NCBI GenBank assembly: GCA_951406725.2
Contig: OX597823.1
Span: 22,134,001-22,198,000 of the forward strand
DNA length: 64,000 nt
From: Octopus vulgaris
Lineage: Eukaryota
Direction of reading: 5' to 3'
Shown: one piece after another, positions 39,224-51,091 of the stretch
Position numbering within the stretch: the stretch's first letter is position 1
How the letters are laid out: each line of letters starts with the position of its first letter
Notes under the pieces: model-generated
Databases searched by the model: none
Told to the model about the DNA's origin: nothing
Seen by the model: the letters and a program-made list of their open reading frames with translations, nothing else
Translations under genes and position numbers: made by a program

Positions 39224-41306
39224 ACTGCGCATGTGTGAATAATTGTGGTGTTCGGCACCAAAGAGGTGAGACATGCTTTTGAAGCCGTCTCGAATTGAAA
39301 AATGTTGAAGCTCCATTGTAAGGTAAGATTCTGTTTTTTGGGTCCAGTGGGAATTTTTGTTGAGAATTGTTTTTGTACAGGCAGGAAGTCCTACTGGATT
39401 CAGAATTCTGGTTCTGCCTACAAGGGGCAAATAATTTTTCTCGCTGAATTGTGAGAATTTTTGTTTGGGGGCGTATTCGTCTTCGATTTATTTTGAGTGA
39501 ATATTTTTCTCGCTTAATTATGAGAATTATTGCTTGTATTGTGCCTTTTGAAGATCTTTAATAATTGTGAGAACTGCTGTTTGGGGGAGTGTCTTTGCCT
39601 CCGAATATTGAACAATTTGTATATCAATTTTTGTGGAAGTTGTGTTCCAGTTGTCGCGTTCCGGGAGTACCGAATGGCCGGAAGATCTTTTTGCTGTGTT
39701 CCTGAACTATTGACTTTCTTCTAAACTTTATTTGACTTTATCCTTTTTGTTTATTGTGACTTTCTTTTGATTTCTTTTATCTTTTTTTTTCTCTTCTCGC
39801 TTTTTAAGTTTTATTTTGAATATATTTTCAAAAAAAGAGAAAAAAAACATGGCAATGAAAAAAGACAAAGTTTTGGAGTGGGAGATTATACCGCCCAAAA
39901 AGTGGTTGAAAGACCGTGAAGATAGGACAGTGGTGTTGAGAACCTACTCCGAGTCACTCGACACCATCGCCCTATTCGAAAAGACGGCAATTGAAAAGGA
40001 GTTGGCAGAGTATTTGCCAACAATTAAATTCATTTCCAGGGGTGTCAGATATGCAACGGTGTGGTTGCTATTTGATACCCCTGAAGAGGTTCGCAAATTT
40101 GCTAGTCAACCCTTGGAAGGTGAGGAAATTTTGTTCCTTCCCACGTATTATGGAAGGAGGTTGACGAAAGCTTGGGTCTGTGGGTTTCCACCCAGGATAA
40201 AACCCGAGTGGATAGAGGAGACTATCCGCCGGGGTCTGGGTGGCAGCGGGACCAAGCTTCTTTATGTTATAGTTCTTCCTGCGGCTGATTGCGGCTGTTT
40301 TGACCCTTTGGACCCAATCAGCCAATCTGGTTTTTCCAGAGTTTTTGAAAATGGCCGGGTGCAGGTACCCGGTGATACTATAGGGTCGTCCCCCCAGGTG
40401 ACATCGGTGCCTGGAGTCCGGCCATATAAAGAAAAACTGTCCCCGGGAACAAGATAAGGTCCCGGAGCAGTTGAGTGAGACCCCCGTAGAAGAGGGAATG
40501 AAGGCGGCCGAGGAAGAGGAGGACTCTTCAAAGAGGAAGAAGGTGAGAAACAATGTGTGCTCACCGAAGGATCCTAGGGATGAGGAGGGGAAGGCAAATC
40601 TTCCGGCCACGGAGGAGACGCACCCTCCCTCAGTTGAAAAGAAAAAAAGAGGAAGAGGAAGAGAAACGGGACATTGCCGGCAGTCGTCGACATAGTACCG
40701 GAATGTCCCGGAACTACGTCGGTTGGGGTTGTGCCACCGGCAGGAGAAGAAACACCGTTGGCGGGAACTGTGCCGCCAATGAAAGAATTGGATATCTCGC
40801 CCCCGGGGGAAGACGAAGTATTGATCTTCTTCTATAGAGGCGGAGAGATTGAAAAGGTGATGGAAAAGCACCATAAGGGAGCACCTTTAGCCTTCACACA
40901 GAACCCCGAATGGCCTCCGCAGGTAGCTGTGGAGGCCATAACGTTTGACGTGACGTTTGGGCTGAAGGGGCTCAATGAGGAATATCGCTTGTACCCGGGC
41001 AACGCTAACACGGAACTCGATACGATTTTGAAAGAGGCGTGGAGGATGGTAGAGGATGCGGGCACAAGTTATTTTGAGGGTGAGTTATAAATTGTGGAAC
41101 TGTGTGACGCAAACATTCGATAATAGGTACTTCGCATTCTTTCTGAACTCCCGGCTGTCAACGTGGTCTGCTCTGCAAGCGGCTAGATATTTGACTGGGG
41201 GTTCGGAAAGAGGAGGAAGGGAAAAGTGATAATGTATTTTTTATGTTTGGTTGACATGTTGATTTTTATGTAAGTGTAAGGTCTCCATGGCTAATTTGAT
41301 AAAGTA
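39224..41306 (+). mobile_element. ORF1-only (HAL1/Tx1-like) non-LTR element inserted in the SINE head
   Basis: Flanked by the 15-bp TSD aagaagcttgcttcc. Has a ~620-bp 5'UTR with degenerate repeats, a disrupted gag-like ORF and a short 3'UTR. No RT or endonuclease detected. Confidence 0.75.
39849..41090 (+). pseudogene. Disrupted ORF1-like nucleic-acid-binding protein with a CCHC zinc knuckle
   Basis: N-terminal region (..LLFDTPEEVRKF..FLPTYYGRRLTKAWVCGFPP..) resembles L1/Tx1 ORF1. After a frameshift it reads VIL*GRPPR*HRCLESGHIKKNCP (Cx2Cx4Hx4C with the first Cys as TGA, 40399-40440). A basic low-complexity linker and C-terminal ORF 40674-41090 follow. Confidence 0.7.
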
Positions 41307-41321
41307 AAGAAGCTTGCTTCC

Positions 41322-41813
41322 TGGAGGGAGGAGCCCATGCCCTGGACAGGGGACGAGGAGTGGCTTTCGCAGGTGACTACTAAGATCATGTCGGATGTCG
41401 CTATAGTCAGAATAATGAACACCTTCTCAAAGGACATGTTTAGATACGCCTTGAGGGGCCCCGACCTAGAGCTGGCGCATTGCCTAAGGGAAGTGTAAGC
41501 CAGGTCTGGGAGGAGGGGCTTTGTGTATTGTATTTATATTTATTATATGTAATTATTGAACTATGTTGTTGTTTGTAATGGACTGTTAAGTCCAAAAATT
41601 GAAAAGTTGTAAAAGTTGTAAGAGGTTTAATACCTCGTTTTGTGTTTGGTTTTAAAGAACAATGTTTTAGAGAAGCAGAAGTCGGCGGGCACTTTTTGTC
41701 TTATCCCATCCTTATCATCTTTCCTTCATTATCATTAATTTCATTAATGTCCTTTCCAGCCCGCAAAGCTACTTTACTCTATGTATTGCCTTTATGGCAA
41801 ATGTAATGAAATA
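41322..41813 (+). mobile_element. 5'-truncated second member of the same ORF1-only group
   Basis: Open frame 41322-41498 WREEPMPWTGDEEWLSQV...DLELAHCLREV* aligns by eye with GAPLAFTQNPEWPPQV...NTELDTILKEA of the first insert. Ends in hairpin ttgcctttatggcaa and an AATAAA that overlaps the TSD. Confidence 0.65.
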
Positions 41814-41954
41814 AAGAAGCTTGCTTCCCAACCATATGGTTCTGGCTTCAGTCCCACTGTGTGGCACCTTGGGCAAGTGTCTTCTATGATAAGCCTCGGG
41901 CCGACCAAAGCCTTATGAGTGGATTTAGTAGGCGGAAACTGAAAGAAGTCTGTC

Positions 41955-41960
<6 letters not shown>
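41814..41960 (+). mobile_element. Remainder of the split family A SINE
   Basis: caaccatatggttctggcttcagtcccactgtgtggcaccttgggcaagtgtc... Confidence 0.9.
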
Positions 41961-41998
<38 letters not shown>

Positions 41999-42207
41999 TG
42001 TATCATATATCAGTCGAAAGACACCTGTTGTTATTTCTTGTTGTATTCGTAATTGTGTAACTATCTGGAATGGTCGTGACTTCTGGTACTTGACGGATGA
42101 AAGAAAGCCGAGAATGACCAATCTTTTTTGCCTGTCCTAATTGTTGTTTCTTTTGTCCGCCTTTGTGTTGTCTATCTGTCCGAACGTTTTAATGCCCTCT
42201 TCGTTTT

Positions 42208-42279
<72 letters not shown>

Positions 42280-42416
42280 TTAGAGAGTGACCACTGTGTG
42301 GTTCACTCTAGTGCTAAAGATAGCTCCGCTAATGGTATAGCCACTAAAAGTTGTTTCCAAGAAGAAATACCACTACATTAACGTAAGGTAAGTGAAACAC
42401 AACGAAAAAATAGATT

Positions 42417-42495
42417 AACCCTGAACAATTGTTTCATTATTAATGTAATATGCAATTTTACTTACATAACATCCATAAATCTTCAACAGAGGTTT
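42417..42495 (-). ncRNA. Minimal hammerhead-like motif (C3U variant)
   Basis: Minus strand: cucug UUGAAGA uuuau...auaau GAAA caauug UU caggg. Palindromic stem III ACAAUUGU. Confidence 0.45.
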
Positions 42496-42847
42496 GTCTT
42501 AAATACAATTTATTAAATCGCAGCGAGCGTCAAATATACGTGCGGTTTAATCGATTGTAATCGTAGTTATGATTCAAATTTCCACGCCAAAAGAGCGATA
42601 AGACTTACTGGAAACGAATACTGCATAAAATATTTACTGCAGTATAATTAAATTTATAAATGAGGGTGAAAAAATTGATATTAAAAAGTAAAAACTTAGG
42701 AAATAGGAAAGAATAAGGAAATAAGAAAAAATTAGAAATTAAAAACAATTTTGTTCTCATAAGTTGTGTGTAGTTTAAGAACAAGTTCTTTTGTTTCCAG
42801 ATAAAAAAAAATATTGCTTTTACAAATATACAAACAAAACAGGCAGC

Positions 42848-43063
42848 TCGTTACCAACCCGGCTGAAACTGGCTGTGGCTCTGAGTACAAATGTCTTCTT
42901 TTCATAAATTTTGAATTAAAATCGTCCACCAAACCTTAGTCACAATTTATGTTCCTAACACTAGCTGAATGATAATTAAGTTATTTTAGTAAATTCTTTG
43001 TTATATTTAAAATAATTGAAAGAAACCTCAGAGCATCTCAAAATAAAGACAATAACAAAAGGG
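42848..43063. mobile_element. piggyBac-like MITE fragment
   Basis: Right end ...taacaaaaggg|TTAA. Left end eroded (cgttacc). Confidence 0.4.
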
Positions 43064-43629
43064 TTAAACAAGTGAATGAACGATATATATTTATTCTTAA
43101 TGAAGGCGTTTATCAATATCTAATTTTTGAAATTTAGCTTAGAGGTTTGAAAGTGAAAATAAGTGATTTTAATGTAATAAAGATGATTTATTTAAAGATT
43201 GTAGTAGAAAACATTAATAATTAATCTTTATAATAAGACTAATCAATATAAAGTTTTCAAGTGACAGCACTGTCTGCTGCTTCAATCTGCGTTCCAGAAA
43301 TATGAATAGTTAGTGTTTTTCTAGTCAATAAATGGGATAGAAAAGTTTAACAATTTGTTAAGGTTATAAAGGGAAACGTGCTAAAGACAATGAATGTATA
43401 AGGCTACAGTAGAATATTGTTTACCTGACTCTTTAACCGTATCCTATGTAAACATAAAGGAGTGTTGAAGGGATTTTATTTTATCACATATTGTGGGCTA
43501 AAGTTTGGAAGTAACTGCAAATTACTGAGCGCAATTAGTAAAAGATACTGAGATGTATTAGAAGTATAGAATATTTAAAATAATATTCACACTATTACTT
43601 AACATAATTCAATATAGTTTAAGGTACTT

Positions 43630-44141
43630 TGTGAAGGGATCGGTAGAAATAACCGGGTTATGTTTGGTTAAGTATTATTTGTTTACTCTAAGAAAAATTT
43701 TCATACAAATTAATTTAATCACCAATTACTTTTCTGCTTTCTGTCCCTTTCTTACAGATTCTTTTCCTGTTATATGCTCCTCTTTTACCTCCCAGCTGTC
43801 AACACTTCCACTTGTGGACCGAATTCTTCCTCTGTCATTACTTCCGTTTCCGCTTCGGTCGGTCTATCTAACCTTTGTCAATATAAAGGTGGGTCTCGTA
43901 AACTTTTTGTGCTAATGCGTCATGTGCCATAGAGAATCCCACCGTCTGAGTTCTATTTTTTATTCAGGTACGAATATCGCATTATATTTTGTATATTTTT
44001 CCTGTGTATGTTTTATATTGTTTCGTTATTGCTCATATACGAACTCCATTTATAAATTCTTAACACTAATAAAATTGTCAGTACAAGTGGTCTTGTGTTA
44101 TGTAACAAAACCATGCGGATAATTCATTGGTAGCTGAGGAT
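43630..44141 (+). mobile_element. LTR-retrotransposon 5' LTR plus primer-binding site (tRNA-iMet)
   Basis: TG...CA (ends 44126) with TATA-like aatataaag and AATAAA, followed by tTGGTAGCTGAGGAT, a 13/14 match to the complement of the initiator-tRNA-Met 3' end (TGGTAGCAGAGGAT). The left boundary is uncertain. Confidence 0.6.
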
Positions 44142-44314
44142 ACGATGTTTCCTGTTTATGTAAAGTGTGTTTAATTCTTTTATTGTTGACTTTGCTCTTT
44201 GTAATCCTGCCCCAGGTTTCTTCACATAAGTCTGAATTTATTGATATTTATGCACAGATTAGTTAAAAGTTTTATGAAAGAATTTATTTGTTAAGTATAT
44301 ATATGTGTGCGGGC

Positions 44315-44565
44315 ACAACAATGCAGAGTCGAGTATAATAACTGTTATAATTTAATTATTCATAGTCTGATATAATATTTCGGAATGTAAAAATTCCTTC
44401 TTCAGATATTGCTAGGAATTGATCGAGTCACTGCTATAACGGATTATAGCAGTGGCTTCAATTCTCAGCGATAGCTAAAGAAGGAATTTTTATATTCCGA
44501 AATATTATATCAGACTATGAATAATTAAATTATAACAGTTATTATAGTCCACTCTGCATTGTTGT
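44315..44565. repeat. ~250-bp palindrome with a hammerhead-like core in each arm (Penelope-type inverted pLTR)
   Basis: Arms 44315-44439 and 44444-44565. Minus arm CUGAAGA-a-ggaau..auucc-GAAA-uauuaua-UC; plus arm CUAAAGA-a-ggaau..auucc-GAAA. Confidence 0.85.
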
Positions 44566-44821
44566 ACCATTCAAGGCACGTTATATTCCACAGTCAATGC
44601 AAAATGCTTCCAGCGAACTACAATACTCTCCTATATATTTAGTTGAAATTTATAGAAAAACGAAAGACGAAGACAGATGTATGAACAACAAGCAAGTTTA
44701 TTAGTTTGAGGCTAGGGAAAAATGAAAAAGTCTGTTACATTTCGTGCCTACGCACTTCAACAGAAAATAAGAAATAAACAAAGAGAGAATGAAAAGACGT
44801 GTAGAGTTCAGCGGTCCAGCA

Positions 44822-44877
<56 letters not shown>

Positions 44878-45009
44878 ATGTGTGTGTGTGTGTGTGTATG
44901 TATACATGCAGAGGTATATACAAATATATATATATATATATATATAAATATATATATATGTATATATGTAAGTGTATTTATATGTGTATATCTATCTTCC
45001 TATTGTTTT

Positions 45010-45895
45010 ATTTACTAGTTTCTGCTGGAGTTGTGGCCATGCTGAGGTACCACCGTTAGCTTTACTCCACTTTCACTAAACCTCCTCTCTTATGTGGAAT
45101 TTGGTGAGTGAGGGAGTTTGGTGTTGCTGTCGTCAGCTGCATTTCTTGCTGCGAGGTAGGTTCATCCGGAACTCTTGACAAGACGAAATCTAGATTTGTC
45201 TTGAAGACACCTGCATCCACTCAATGTATGTCTCTCATGCTTTGTGGGAGGATATCGAAGAGCTGTGGGCCCTTAAAACCGAAGCTGTTGCAGTATCTGG
45301 CCCTGTATTTTGATGACAATAATGGGATTTTTGGTACTATGCAGTGGTGCCCCGTTCTGCTATCTGGGTAAATTACGATGCCAAAGTTGGGTACAGGTAC
45401 TTCTAGGCCTTTCCAATTGTAAAACACTGCATATCTATCGCGCCTTCGTTTTAGGGAGTAAAGACTTAATTTTTTCAGTCTCTCTCAGTAGCTAGCAAGT
45501 TGCATTGAGATAGTATTCTTTGTGTAGCTTCGCTGGATTGCTTCAAGTTCTGACGTTAATTTTAGAGCGTGTGGTGATCATAGTTAGGAGCAGTAATTTA
45601 AACGGAGGAGGACAAATATCTTCCAGAAGGTCACTATCGTTTCCTGTCTTCTTGTTCTGAAAGTTCTAAGTATCCAACCGGTCAATCGTCTGCATGTTAC
45701 TGCCAACTTAGTAATATGCACTTGGAAGGATGCATCATTACTTGTGTCGATGCGCAGGCCGTGCACCGATTTTGATTCAGGTATTGCAGTCCTGTATCCT
45801 GTCTACTTTTCATACAGCTTCGTGTTTCGGTGGTGCAGGATATAGAATTTTCATTAAAATTCATGCTATTTTCCTCAGCGCACTCGTCTTTTGCA
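45010..45895 (-). mobile_element. CR1-like LINE 3' remnant
   Basis: GWILRTFRTR..FVLLRLNYCS and NSFGFKGPQLFDILP. Tail cggtggtacctcagcatggccaca..gaaactagtaaa. Confidence 0.85.
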
Positions 45896-45897
45896 TG

Positions 45898-46045
<148 letters not shown>

Positions 46046-47370
46046 TGAAAACTTACAGCTTATTTTGCTGGGTATCAAGGAAAGTGTCAGTTGTTCACAG
46101 CCAGCAGATTAAGGTGACACGTGTTTACAGGTCATGCTTCAAGAATAATTCTTGCAGTTCCAAGCAATGCTGAATTTTGTAGGTGTTTTATCTTCACTCT
46201 TGCACCGATCTTTTTCAGCCATGCTGGTCATTGAGTCCTGATACTTCCGAGAGCATAATTACTATTAGTATCATGTCTACTCTCTTCAATGATCACAAAA
46301 TTCGTATTTCCCATTTTAAATCGTCGTAGTTGTTTATTTCTTCTTTCACATTGATCCTGTTGTCACCGAGGCATGCTATGGCGATTACCATACATGCTCT
46401 TCCTTTTTTCATTCACCATAATAATGTCCGGCTTCCTATGTCTGGTTAGGTGATCGCACTGGATCGTTACATCCCACAGGATTTTGCAGTTCTCATTTTC
46501 GGTGACTCCTTTTGGGGTTTATTCATATAACGTCTTTGATCTTCGTAGGCCGTGATTTCCACACAGCTCTCAATGGATCATTCTTGCCACATTATCATAG
46601 CGTCGTTTGTATTTGCGTTTTACCAATTTCAGGCATTCTCTAACGATGTGGTACACCGTTTTACCACTCTCACTTTACATTCCGCATTTGTCGCTATCGG
46701 TTGTACTGTCAATTTTGCACTTCATATAATTGGTCCTTAGCGTTTGTACGTGAGCTACGCATAGGAATATTTCTGTGTCTATCTTCAGGTCATTCCTCCT
46801 CATCCATAGCCACCGGTCCTTTGTAGCTGTCTTGGCGTTCACATCTCTTGAAAACTGACCGTACATTTTTGCCTTCCATGCATTTTCTTTTTTTTTTGTT
46901 CATTTCTTGTTTAAATTTTTCTTTAGTTACACAATTTTTCAGTTTTGATGATGTTGGCCTTCTTCGTGTGTTTCAACAGTGGCTCTACAGCAGTTTTTTA
47001 TATGCCACCATAGGTTGTTTTCCTTAATTTTCTGCATTTCATATAATTGGTCCTTAAATCTTGTTCCTGAGCTGCGCATATGAGCACTTCTGTCTCTATC
47101 TTCAGGTCACTCTTCCTCATTCACTCTTCCTCATCCATAGCCACCGGTCCTCTGTATCTGTTTTGGCATTCATTTCTCTTGCAAACTGACCATACATTTT
47201 TTCCTTCCTTGCCTTTTTCTTTGTTCATTTCTTATTTAAATTTTTCTTAAATTACACAATTTTTAGTTTTGATAATGTCGGCCTTCTTCGTGTGTTTCAA
47301 AAGTGGTTCCACGGTATTTTTATATACTACCCCCGGTTATTTTCCTCATATACCACACTATGCTGTTTCC
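46046..47370 (-). mobile_element. Dong/R4-like RLE non-LTR remnant with an internal ~320-bp duplication
   Basis: MYGQF..DLKIDTE..LRTNY..KCGM..TVYHIVREC..KRRYDNVARMIH and ILWDVTIQCDH..RKPDII. 3' end runs into (TAA)n. Segment ~46720-47030 is repeated at ~47038-47345. Confidence 0.88.
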
Positions 47371-47854
47371 TGGAATATGAGGAATATGGCCAATAATAAA
47401 AATAATTATAGATTTCTGGCCAATAGAGCAACAGACAGTCTCTGACCTACATCTAAGTTTCCTTCATTGGAGTTCAACGTCAACCGGTTAGTTGTACTCG
47501 TATGTGTGTATGCCAATAGTTGGCATTAGTACTTGAGCAGATCTGTATGTTTTGTTTAACGTATGTGCATTCATACATATAGATGTAGATGTATGTATGC
47601 ATGTGTGTGTATATATACATACACATATATACATATGTATATGGATGTAAGCATGTATACTCATATATGTATACACTTTTATGAATTTATATATACATAT
47701 GCCTATTTATATTCAAATGTATATCACATACACATGTTCATAGCTATTTACACATACGTGCATACGCCCATACTCACAAGCAAATACAAAGACAATCTTT
47801 ATATGTATGTATATGTATGCATATATGTATATTCTTTTATTCTTTTTCTTTTAT

Positions 47855-48046
47855 ACTTTTATTCTTTTATTTGTTTCAGTCATTTGACTGCGGCCATGCT
47901 GGAACACCGCCTTTAGTCAAACCTGTCGAGCCCAGGACTTATTCCTTTGTAAGCGTAGTAATATTTCTATCGGTCTCTTTTGCTGAACCGCTAAGTTACA
48001 TCGGTTGTCAAGCGATGGTGGAGGAACAAATACAGCCGCTCAAGAA

Positions 48047-48106
<60 letters not shown>

Positions 48107-48192
48107 CACATACACACACACGCACACACACTTAGGACGGGCTTCTTTCAGTTTCCGTCTACTAAATCCACTCACAAGACTGGTCGGCCCGA
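47855..48192 (-). mobile_element. Family A SINE, 5'-truncated
   Basis: Tail and body match family A. Confidence 0.85.
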
Positions 48193-48297
48193 GTTGAATA
48201 TGCAAACAACAAGAAAAGAAAAAGGGAAAACAGGACAAGTGACACAAAGAACGACCCTTCATGAGTTGTCGGCTGTCTATCTACACATATATATGTA

Positions 48298-48856
48298 TTG
48301 GGTTGTCCAGAAAGTTCTTGCTGATTTATAGTAGCTTACCTCTCAACTTATTTTAGAACATGGTTGAGTCCATAAAATGATTTGACTACACCTCCATTTA
48401 GAGCACAGTTTAAGCTATCTTTTCGTGGAAGAAGGTTTATGTTCCTATAACCTGTGTTAATTCTGTAACCCTTTAAAATAGAAGATCAGAAAGTTCATTG
48501 TCGGCACTTGATGCTTTGGAAACTAGACAAAAATTGCTGCAGCTCGGCTAGGATGTGCTACCTCCACATTCGCCAGATATTGCTCCTTCGGATTTCCACT
48601 TGTACAGGTCTCTGCAGAATAGTCTTAATGGTAAAAATTTCAATTCCTTGGATGACGTAAAAAGATACCTTGATGAATTATTTGCCATGAAACCACCTCA
48701 ATTCTGGGAAAAGGGTATTTTCAAGTTAAAGGAAAGATGGAGACACATTGTGCAACAAAATGGTTCATATTTGGTTGATTAAAAATGTAATGGCAAATAT
48801 TTATTGACCTTTTTATTTCCTTTAAAAATCGGCACGAACTTTCCGGAGAACCCCAA
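48298..48856 (+). mobile_element. Internally deleted mariner with both TIRs
   Basis: TIRs ttgggttgtccagaaagttcttgctgattt and aaatcggcacgaactttccggagaaccccaa. Encodes PPHSPDIAPSDFHLYRSLQNSL..GIFKLKERW. Confidence 0.9.
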
Positions 48857-48924
48857 AGTTATGGTAAATTGTGTAAAAACGGAGTATAGTACAGTATAAA
48901 GGTCGTCCACCTTCAGATTCCACC

Positions 48925-48978
<54 letters not shown>

Positions 48979-49039
48979 ATCGTTATTTAATTGAACGCCA
49001 TGCATCCATTTCCAAGTATATATATATGCATATATGCAT

Positions 49040-49330
49040 ATATACAGCTCTTCAACGCCCTGCCACAAAAATTAGGATACCTCTAGAATGTGGACAAAGA
49101 TGTTTTCAAAAAGGAACTAGGCATTCTTCACTCCACCATGCCGGTATGAGGTACAGCGGATTCAAACTTCCTTATACACCAAATGGACTAACAGCCGGGA
49201 CAAAGGCTCGTAGAGGAATGATGATATGAATTCATACCAAGTTGAGAAAATCAACCGAAGAAGAATCAGAAGTTGAAAATCATGGTTGTATGCCAGAATG
49301 ACCGCAGCTGCATGGCTTAAATGAACATAG
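49040..49330 (+). mobile_element. Old CR1-like LINE 3' end
   Basis: QLFNALPQK..NVDKDVFKKEL, followed by a degenerate 3' tail. Confidence 0.55.
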
Positions 49331-49672
49331 GATTAAAAAAAAAAACGAACATGGATATAGTCATACATAAGTAATTGTTTCTTGGTCCACTCTAGGCAAT
49401 CAAATACGGAAACTTCATAAATGAGAAACACACTTAATTAATTGTGTGTCACCCAAATATTCTTATGAATTATGAGAAGAAACACGACTCATACAATTCT
49501 TGAAAATAAAAACACGAGACATTTACAGGTTCACAATGATATTTTTTCATTTGTTTCGTTTATTTCAACATTTACAGTCCGTAGATAAATATAAATATAA
49601 ATAAGTATGAATAAATATGGAAACATTTATAGTCAACATAATCTTTTATATAAATATAACATCCAATTCTAA

Positions 49673-49719
<47 letters not shown>

Positions 49720-49744
49720 ATATGTGTATATATACATATGTATA

Positions 49745-49991
49745 TCACTGGGACCGACCAGGCTGCCAGATGTTGCTACACATCACTGATCACAATGCGC
49801 ATCGCATTGTTTTAGCATTCAAATGAGAGAAAGTAGCGGCGAAAGAGTACAGCAGGGATCACCACCACCCCCTAACGGAGCTTCGTGGAACTTTAGGTGT
49901 TTTCGCTCAATAAACGCCCGGTCTGAGAATCGAAATCGTGATACTACTACTACGAGTCCGCTGCCCTAACCACTGGGCCATTGCGCCTCCA
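49745..49991 (-). mobile_element. Family C SINE with internal deletions
   Basis: ccgctgccctaaccactgggccattgcgcctcc head on the minus strand. Confidence 0.8.
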
Positions 49992-50037
49992 CGGCCACGG
50001 TGATATACATATGTATATGAACATATATGTATGTATG

Positions 50038-50073
<36 letters not shown>

Positions 50074-50547
50074 CGTGTGTGTATGTATATATGTACATAT
50101 GCGTGTGTGTATGTATATATGTTTGCATGTATTTATGTATGTATATAGATACATACCTGTTGGTTCATAAGAACAAGACTTTCACATACAGAATATAGTA
50201 CTCAATACTTCAATAATTCAATACTTCAATACTAAGTTGTTTCATATTATAGATATATTGATTGAAACATAATTATATCTGTAAATATCTGTAAAATTTA
50301 CACACACATATATATATATACATATACACATGCATGTATATATATATATATATATATACATACATATATATGCATATTCATGCCTGTATAATATATAGAT
50401 GTATCTTTGTTTATGTGTATATATAGGAATGTATGTACATATGTATTTATGTATGTACGAATATAAATTTACATAAATATACTTGTATAATCATATATAT
50501 AAATATATATTTGCAAAAAAATTTATTATATACATACAGACAGACAT

Positions 50548-50581
<34 letters not shown>

Positions 50582-50722
50582 CTGTGTGTCTGTGTGCCTG
50601 TTTGTATGTATATATTATATTTATGTTCATTCTTTCGATCACAGTCAGATTTACATATTCTCATGATGATGCACACATGCGCAAACACGCACACGCGAAC
50701 CGGTGCGTGCCAATGCATAGAT

Positions 50723-50771
<49 letters not shown>

Positions 50772-50994
50772 TTTATTTTTATATAGCCAATGCTTATATT
50801 TCATTTAATCGTTCCTTAAGAAAATAGAACATGGTTTACGTGGAGCGGATGGAGATATCTCTGGTTTACATTGTTACATTAGGTTTTATATGTATACATA
50901 CATACATACATATATACATACACATATATGTATGTTTGTGGATATATCTGTGTGCAAGTTTTTATGTATGTATATGTATATATACATGCATATA

Positions 50995-51091
50995 CAGTAA
51001 TCCCACGCCATATCGCGGTTCACTATCGCAGTTCACTTATCGCAGGGGGTGGGGTTGCAACGTAACGCCCGCGATAGTCTAGGAATTACTA
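50995..51091. mobile_element. Tigger/pogo-like MITE
   Basis: TA|cagtaatcccacgccatatcgcgg ... ccgcgatagtctaggaattacta|TA terminal inverted repeats. Confidence 0.6.

Noticed and set aside
40068-40874. 268-aa minus-strand ORF
   Set aside because: Antisense shadow of the purine-rich ORF1-like frame; no recognisable motifs.
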